From Macrostomum lignano (taxonomy: Eukaryota): a DNA stretch of 28,697 nt. This document shows, piece by piece, positions 21,569 through 28,697 of the stretch. The stretch covers positions 1 to 28,697 of the forward strand of contig NIVC01005006.1 in assembly GCA_002269645.1 (NCBI GenBank), given 5' to 3'. The notes beneath the pieces were generated by a model. The model saw only the letters and a list, made by a program, of their open reading frames with translations. It was not told the origin of the DNA and made no database searches. Positions within the stretch are counted from its first letter, which is position 1, and the number at the start of each line of letters is the position of its first letter. Both the position numbers and the translations under genes were made by a program.

Positions 21569-24360
21569 CATATGAGAAATTCCCCCCAATGAGCCTTTTG
21601 GAATCTACACTAGGGAATTCCGATAATCTCAACCTAATCATATGAGAAATCCCCCCTATGAATTGAAATCGACAGTAGGGAATTCCGACGAGTCTCAACC
21701 TAATCATATGAGAAATCCCCCCTATGAATTGGAATCTACACTAGGGAATTCCGATAATCTCAACCTAATCATATGAGAAATTCCCACCTATGAATTGAAA
21801 TCGACAGTAGGGAATTCCGACGAGTCTCAACCTAATCATATGAGAAATCCCCCTATGAATTGGAATCTACACTAGGGAATTCCGATAATCTCAACCTAAT
21901 CATATGAGAAATCCCCCCCCTATGAATTGAAATCGACAGTAGGGAATTCCGACGAGTCTCAACCTAATCATATGAGAAATCCCCCTATGAATTGGAATCT
22001 ACACTAGGGAATTCCGATAATCTCAACCTAATCATATGAGAAATTCCCACCTATGAATTGAAATCGACAGTAGGGAATTCCGACGAGTCTCAACCTAATC
22101 ATATGAGAAATCCCCCTATGAATTGGAATCTACACTAGGGAATTCCGATAATCTCAACCTAATCATATGAGAAATTCCCACCTATGAATTGGAATCTACA
22201 GTAGGGAATTCCGATGAGTCTAAGCCTAATCATATGAGAAATCCCCCCTATGAATTGGAATCTACACTAGGGAATTCCGATAATCTCAACCTAATCATAT
22301 GAGAAATTCCCACCTATGAATTGAAATCGACAGTAGGGAATTCCGACGAGTCTCAACCTAATCATATGAGAAATCCCCCCTATGAATTGGAATCTACACT
22401 AGGGAATTCCGATAATCTCAACCTAATCATATGAGAAATCCCCCCCCTATGAATTGAAATCGACAGTAGGGAATTCCGACGAGTCTCAACCTAATCATAT
22501 GAGAAATCCCCCCTATGAATTGGAATCTACACTAGGGAATTCCGATAATCTCAACCTAATCATATGAGAAATTCCCACCTATGAATTGAAATCGACAGTA
22601 GGGAATTCCGACGAGTCTCAACCTAATCATATGAGAAATCCCCCCTATGAATTGGAATCTACACTAGGGAATTCCGATAATCTCAACCTAATCATATGAG
22701 AAATCCCCCCCCTATGAATTGAAATCGACAGTAGGGAATTCCGACGAGTCTCAACCTAATCATATGAGAAATCCCCCCTATGAATTGGAATCTACACTAG
22801 GGAATTCCGATAATCTCAACCTAATCATATGAGAAATCCCCCCTATGAATTGGAATCTACAGTAGGGAATTCCGATGTCTAAGCTAATCATATGAGAAAT
22901 CCCCCCTATGAATTGGAATCTACACTAGGGAATTCCGATAATCTCAACCTAATCATATGAGAAATTCCCACCTATGAATTGAAATCGACAGTAGGGAATT
23001 CCGACGAGTCTCAACCTAATCATATGAGAAATCCCCCTATGAATTGGAATCTACACTAGGGAATTCCGATAATCTCAACCTAATCATATGAGAAATCCCC
23101 CCCCTATGAATTGAAATCGACAGTAGGGAATTCCGACGAGTCTCAACCTAATCATATGAGAAATCCCCCTATGAATTGGAATCTACACTAGGGAATTCCG
23201 ATAATCTCAACCTAATCATATGAGAAATTCCCCCTATGAATTGGAAATCGACAGTAGGGAATTCCGATAATCTCAACCTAATCATATGAGAAATCCCCCT
23301 ATGAATTGGAATCTACACTAGGGAATTCCGATAATCTCAACCTAATCATATGAGAAATCCCCCTATGAATTGGAATCTACACTAGGGAATTCCGATAATC
23401 TCAACCTAATCATATGAGAAATCCCCCTATGAATTGGAATCTACACTAGGGAATTCGATCTCAACCTAATCATATGAGAAATCCCCCATGAATTGGAATC
23501 TACACTAGGGAATTCCGATCTCAACCTAATCATATGAGAAATCCCCCTATGAATTGGAATCTACACTAGGGAATTCCGATAATCTCAACCTAATCATATG
23601 AGAAATCCCCCTATGAATTGGAATCTACACTAGGGAATTCCGATAGTCTCAACCTAATCATATGAGAAATTCCCCCCATGAATTGGAATCTACACTAGGG
23701 AATTCCGATAATCTCAACCTAATCATATGAGAAATTCCCCCTATGAATTGGAATCTACACTAGGGAATTCCGATAATCTCAACCTAATCATATGAGAAAT
23801 TCCCACCTATGAATTGGAATCTACACTAGGGAATTCCGATAATCTCAACCTAATCATATGAGAAATTCCCACCTATGAATTGGAATCGACAGTAGGGAAT
23901 TCCGACGAGTCTCAACCTAATCATATGAGAAATTCCCCTATGAATTGGAATCTACACTAGGGAATTCCGATAATCTCAACCTAATCATATGAGAAATTCC
24001 CACCTATGAATTGAAATCGACAGTAGGGAATTCCGACGAGTCTCAACCTAATCATATGAGAAATTCCCCCCAATGAGCCTTTTGGAATCTACACTAGGGA
24101 ATTCCGATAATCTCAACCTAATCATATGAGAAATCCCCCCTATGAATTGAAATCGACAGTAGGGAATTCCGACGAGTCTCAACCTAATCATATGAGAAAT
24201 TCCCCCAATGAGCTTTTGGAATCTACACTAAGGGAATTCCGATAATCTCAACCTAATCATATGAGAAATTCCCACCTATGAATTGGAATCTACAGTAGGG
24301 AATTCCGATGAGTCTAAGCCTAATCATACGAGAAATTCCCCCAATGAGCTTTTGAAATCC
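21569..24360. repeat. ~65-bp satellite (aatcatatgagaaatcccccctatgaattggaatctacactagggaattccgataatctcaacct), ~43 units, with A/B dimer structure
   Basis: Units start at about 21636, 21702 and 21767. Two alternating variants are present, and there are no unique spacers. Confidence 0.97.
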
Positions 24361-24423
24361 ACCTCGTACAGACTGCTTCCCTTAGTCAAGGATTCCATCT
24401 ATGGAGTTAATCCGCAGCCCTAA

Positions 24424-27200
24424 TTAGAAGGGATTAATCCTGGCGCCAGTCATGCTAGGCGAGAACGGGTTCACCTTGGCCCACATGTACGCATCGTTCA
24501 GCCCGATGGTGAACCGCCGTCCTCCAGGTAAAACACCGGCCCCTGATTCGCTTCTCATGAAGAAGCAGTTGTCGAAGTCAGAGTGGTACGGCAGGGCGCT
24601 GCCGGCGGCACATCTTCGCCGACCTCCAGGCCGGTGTCCCCAGCGCACTTGCGCACCAGCCCGCGCCACACACGGCCGCATCTCCTCCGGCAGGTGGCGC
24701 TCGTCGGCGCTGCCGCCCGAGCGCCTCATAAGCTTCCAGGCGTGCAGCTCCTTGTCCAGCAGCGACCCGGTCAGCGCCCGGCCAGCCCGGCCATGGCGTC
24801 TTTGTGCCGCTCGAAGTGAAGCCGGGCGTGCCGAAACAGCGGCGCCACCACGGAATGGTAGCCCTGCCTGATGGCCTTCAACGCGCGCCAGGTAGGTGGC
24901 CAGGAACAGCAGCTCGTTCTTCTCTGCACGGCGGAGGCTGCTGCAGTTGCCAGTGCGAGCGCAGCTCATCAGCTCCACGAGCGCCTCCACGGAGTTCAAC
25001 GTCCACGGCGAGTCGCGATCGTTAAGAATGTCGCGCACCGCGGCCAGACCGAACTCCAGGCCAGCCAGCGGGTTGGGCGACAGCAGATAGTGGCCGACAA
25101 TGTCCAGCTGGAGGCGCAGCCGAGACTCCGGCGTGCCAGAAGCGCCAGTCGGAGCGTCGGCCCGCAGCCGCTCGGCGATCTCCAGGCAGGCGTCCAGGCC
25201 GGGCAGGCCCAGCACGCGGTGCACAGCGTCAATGTCGCCAGCCGAGCCCGAGAAGCGGCAGGCGAACGCCACCAAGAGGTCCTGGCGCCGGCTGTGCAGC
25301 TCCGCCAGCTTGGCCAGCAGCTCCGCCCGGCGCTTGGCGTCCAGGCCGGGCAGCCTGTCGAGTCGCCAGCCGCTCCACTCGGCGCGAAGTTGCGCAGCCG
25401 CTGGTCGCAGGACTCGACTCGCGTCGCCAGCCAGAGCGCCAAGTCGAGCTGTGCGCGCAGCAGCTTGCCGACGGCCGATTCAACGTCGCCGATGGCCAAG
25501 TGGCAACAGGCGCGCGTCCACCGGGGCGCCGCGCTGAAACAGACTGTCGGCCAGGCTGCCCAGGCCGTGCGCAGCCGATCTGGGCTGCTGACGCCGGGCC
25601 TGCGGTGCTCCCGGATTCGTCCGGATCGTCCGCCCGGCGAACAGGCCTCGTGGCGCAGCCTGCGCCACCATCAGCGCGTGTCCGAATATTTCCCGCGCCG
25701 GGTGAGCAACTGGCGCGGAGTCGGCCGCCCCGGTGGCCACGGAGAAAGCAACTAGGTCGTCGAGTTCCAGGCTTCGCTGGCTGGCCATGTACCGGTGGCA
25801 CAGCTCGCGCCAGAAGGCCTGAGAGACGCCCGGCGCCAGGGCCAGGGCGCGCTCCCACCGGCCCAGCTGGGCTGCAGCTCGCAGTAGCGGCGCAGGTGGC
25901 CGCAGCGCAGATGGGCCGCGGCCGCGTCCCGCAGCTGTCGGTGCGCGAAGTCGGCCGTCCGGCCGTCGCCACCGATGCCGACGAGGACAAGGAATTGGAG
26001 GCGGCCAGTTCAAGCTGCTGGGCCCGGGCGGCCTGGAACTTCAGCAGGTCCTTGGCGGCCACGTAGCTGCCGGGCCGGCCGTAGGAGTCGCCAAGCGCGG
26101 CTGTCGGCGTGCCGGCGAGCGCCCGCTGCAGGTCATGCAGGTTGCCGGCAGCCGGGCTGGCGTGCAGCAGCAGAGCCAGCTGGTCGCCGCCGCAGCTGCT
26201 GGTGCTGCCGACCACGCTGCCAGCATCGCGGAGAAGCCGGCGCGACTGGCTGCCGGACAGAGCCGGCTGGCCCGCTGCTGCCTGAGCGCGGCTTCGGCCG
26301 GCAGGATGAAGGAGTCGGCCATGCCGCGGAACAGCAGGCAGGCGGGCAGGGGCCGGCCAGCTCGGCAAGCGACCACAGCCGCAGCGTGGAGTCGCGCGAG
26401 CACGAGGCCAGCAGCATGGGGCGGCGCGGGTGCAGCGCCAGGCCGTAGACGTCGGAGCGGTGGTCGGTGACGGCCGCCAGACAGGAGCCGTCGCGGATGT
26501 CCCAGCAGTGGATGTGGCAGTCCCAGCTGCCGGACACGAGCATGTAGGCCAACTCGGGGTGCCAGACAAGGCCGCGCACTGGCCCGGTGTGGCCTTTGAG
26601 GTGGGCGACGCTCTTCTCGGCGGTGCAGTCCCAGACTCGAATCGTGCCGTCGTCCGAGCCGCTGCACAGGTAGCTCTCGCGCAGCGGCGACCAGCGCACG
26701 CCGAACACCTTGCTGGCGTGGCCGGTGAAAACTCGGTTGGGCCGGTCACCGCCCGCGCTGGCCAGATAGAAGATCCGGACAGCTTTGTCTCGCAGGCTGT
26801 GGCCAGAATGTCGCGCGAGTGCTGGTGCCAGGCGACGCCGTAGACAGCGGCCGGGTGGCTCAACCGGCGGGCAAGTCGGCCGCAGTCGTCGCGCACAACG
26901 CAGGTGCAGTCGGCCGAGGCCGAGGCGAGATGGTGCGGCGCCTTGGCGCTCCAGCTGACGCAGTAGACCGCCTGCTGGCCGTGCTCGGTAAAGCGGCTGT
27001 CGATGCAGCAGTGGCGACGTCGAGGACGAAGATGCCGTTCTTGGCGGTGGCTCCGGCTACGCGCGCGCCGTCCGGGCTCCAGGCGATGCTGTAGACGATG
27101 CCCTCGTTGTCGGCGAGCTCTGCACCGGGCTGAAGCCGGCCGCGCTGATCCGCCAGAGCTTCACGGCGCGGCCGTCGAAGCTGCCGGTGGCCAGCAGGCT
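24424..27200 (-). CDS. WDR17: WDR17-like WD40 protein, 3' two-thirds, intronless, multiply frameshifted and 5'-truncated (pseudogenised duplicate or sequence errors)
   Basis: Collinear peptide blocks in different frames resemble vertebrate WDR17: SLLATGSFDG, DNEGIVYSIAWSP, HPAAVYGVAW, VRWSPLRESYLCSGSDDGTIRVWD, GHTGPVRGLVWHPELAYMLVSGSWD, DHRSDVYGLALHPRRPMLLASCSRDSTLRLWSL, LGRWERALALAPGVS, and the C-terminus LNDAYMWAKVNPFSPSMTGARINPF*. Gene identity is secure, but coding status is not. Confidence 0.88.
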
Positions 27201-28697
27201 CCTCTCTCTCTCCTCTCCTCTCTCTCTCCTTCTCTCTTCTCTCTCCTCTCTCTCTCCTCTCCTCTCCTCTCCTCTCTCTCTCTCTCTCTCTCCTCTCATC
27301 TCCTCTCCTCTCCTCTCTCCTCTCTCCTCTCCTCTCCTCTCCTCTCCTCTCCTCTCCTCTCCTCTCCTCTCCTCTCCTCTCCTCCTCTCCTCTCCTCTCC
27401 TCTCCTCTCCTCTCCTCTCCTCTCCTCTCCTCTCCTCTCCTCTCCTTCTCCCTCCTTCTCCTCTCTCTCCTCTCTCTCTCTCTCTCCTCTCCTCTCCTCT
27501 CCTCTCTCTCCTCTCCTCTCCTCTCCTCTCCTCTCCTCTCCTCTACTCTCCTCTCCATTATTCTTTCGCATATCATTTCTCCTATTTCTCTTGTCTCTTA
27601 TCTATTTCCTCTGACCCTCTCCTCTCTGCCCTCCGCAGTCATGCCACTAGATTCTCTATCTGGCCCTTGATGTAAAAGAGTTTGCCGACACGTGAATTAT
27701 CGTGTCCAACTAAGCTCAGCTCCAGAGCACCCTGCTGTGCCGGAACTTTTAAAACCATGAAATGCCTTTAGGATCCAAGCGAAGTAGTATCTAGAGAACA
27801 GACAGGTGTGTACTCCTATCTTCAGCTTTATTTATTAACCTGAAACTGAACTGAGCTGGCCTCAGCTAGTTCGCGAAGTAATCTTGGCATTGTTGATCGA
27901 TAAACAAAACGAGGAAAACGAGGAAAACACAACGGCCAGCTCGAGAGACTGACAGGATGCAGCGGGAGAGAAGGGTGTTAAATGGCCTGTAGCCTCTTCC
28001 ACCACTCGTATAATCTGCAAGTATGATAAATCATAAATGAATTCGCAGACAGGAGACAACGGAAACTTGGATGGAGATTATGGGGTGGGCAGGAAGAGAC
28101 CAGAGAGACAGAGACTGGTGAATGGATGGGAATATTAGTTAGTTAATTAGGAGACTTATAAGAGATATTAGGGTTTGAAGGAATTATGAAGAGATGCGAC
28201 AGAGAACAGTATAAGGGTAGGGTAGGTTGAGAGAGGTAATGACGGACTGACGAAAATAATGGAGAGGTTGTGAGGGAGAGGGGTAGTGACGTAGTGAGAT
28301 TAGTGAGGGAGAGGAGTGAGAAAGGTAGTGAGACAGGTAGTGAGAGAGGTAGTGAGTGAGGTTGTGATGTAGGTTGTGATAGAGATAGTTAAGGGAGGGT
28401 TAGTGAGGAGAGGGGTAGTGAGGGGGAGGGTTAGTGAGGAAGAGGGGTAGTGGGAGAGGTTAGTGAGGGAGGGTAGTGAGGGGGAGGGGTAGTGAGGGGA
28501 GGGTAGTGAGGGGGAGGGTATGAGGGAGAGGGTTAGTGAGGAAGAGGGGTAGTGAGGGGGAGGGTAGTGAGGAGAGAGGGGTAGTGAGGGAGAGGGTTAG
28601 TGAGGAGAGAGGGGTAGTGAGGGGAGGGTTAGTGAGGAAGAGGGGTAGTGAGGGAGAGGGTTAGTGAGGGAGAGGGGTAGTGAGGGGAGGGGTAGTG
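27201..28697. repeat. Second direct copy of the ~18860-20350 segment (CT microsatellite, right end of the hAT element, unique DNA, G-rich array)
   Basis: ctccattatt at 19211 recurs at 27553, and the TIR end at 19352 recurs at 27694 (offset 8342). The shared sequence continues past the TIR into the same flank. Confidence 0.95.

Noticed and set aside
21569-24360. CRISPR-like appearance of the regular ~65-bp array with palindromic cores
   Set aside because: The whole unit repeats with no unique spacers, there are no cas genes, and the context is eukaryotic.
24452-27614. Numerous plus-strand and alternative-frame ORFs overlapping WDR17
   Set aside because: These are shadow ORFs of GC-rich coding sequence, with no recognisable domains.
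18860-28697. The two duplicate segments as LTRs of a retroelement that captured WDR17
   Set aside because: No TG...CA termini, PBS, PPT or gag/pol remnants were seen. The repeat starts inside a microsatellite and includes half of a DNA transposon with its flank.

Overview
This is eukaryotic (metazoan) genomic DNA, not prokaryotic: GC-rich spliced exons separated by introns packed with minisatellites. The style suggests a flatworm such as Macrostomum, but that is only a low-confidence inference. Three genes are recognisable from memory of their vertebrate orthologues. (1) The 5' part of EFCAB5 on the minus strand (three exons, running off the left edge). (2) A complete nine-exon DZANK1 on the plus strand (4161-14582, 2424 nt of CDS, 807 aa, all splice phases consistent, one GC-AG intron), head-to-head with EFCAB5. 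(3) The 3' two-thirds of WDR17 on the minus strand (24424-27200), as one intronless, heavily frameshifted block that stops abruptly at a CT microsatellite. Non-coding features include two hAT-type MITEs with TIRs and near-perfect 8-bp TSDs, a tRNA-derived SINE-like head, a 2.8-kb ~65-bp satellite with higher-order structure, and many other micro/minisatellite arrays. The most informative structural signal is a direct duplication with an 8342-bp offset. Its junction joins a WDR17 exon to the middle of a MITE microsatellite, which fits either a real tandem duplication that left a truncated WDR17 copy or a long-read misassembly. I found no CRISPR array, no rRNA and no convincing novel multi-gene system. 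Most long ORFs in the track are repeat or antisense artefacts.
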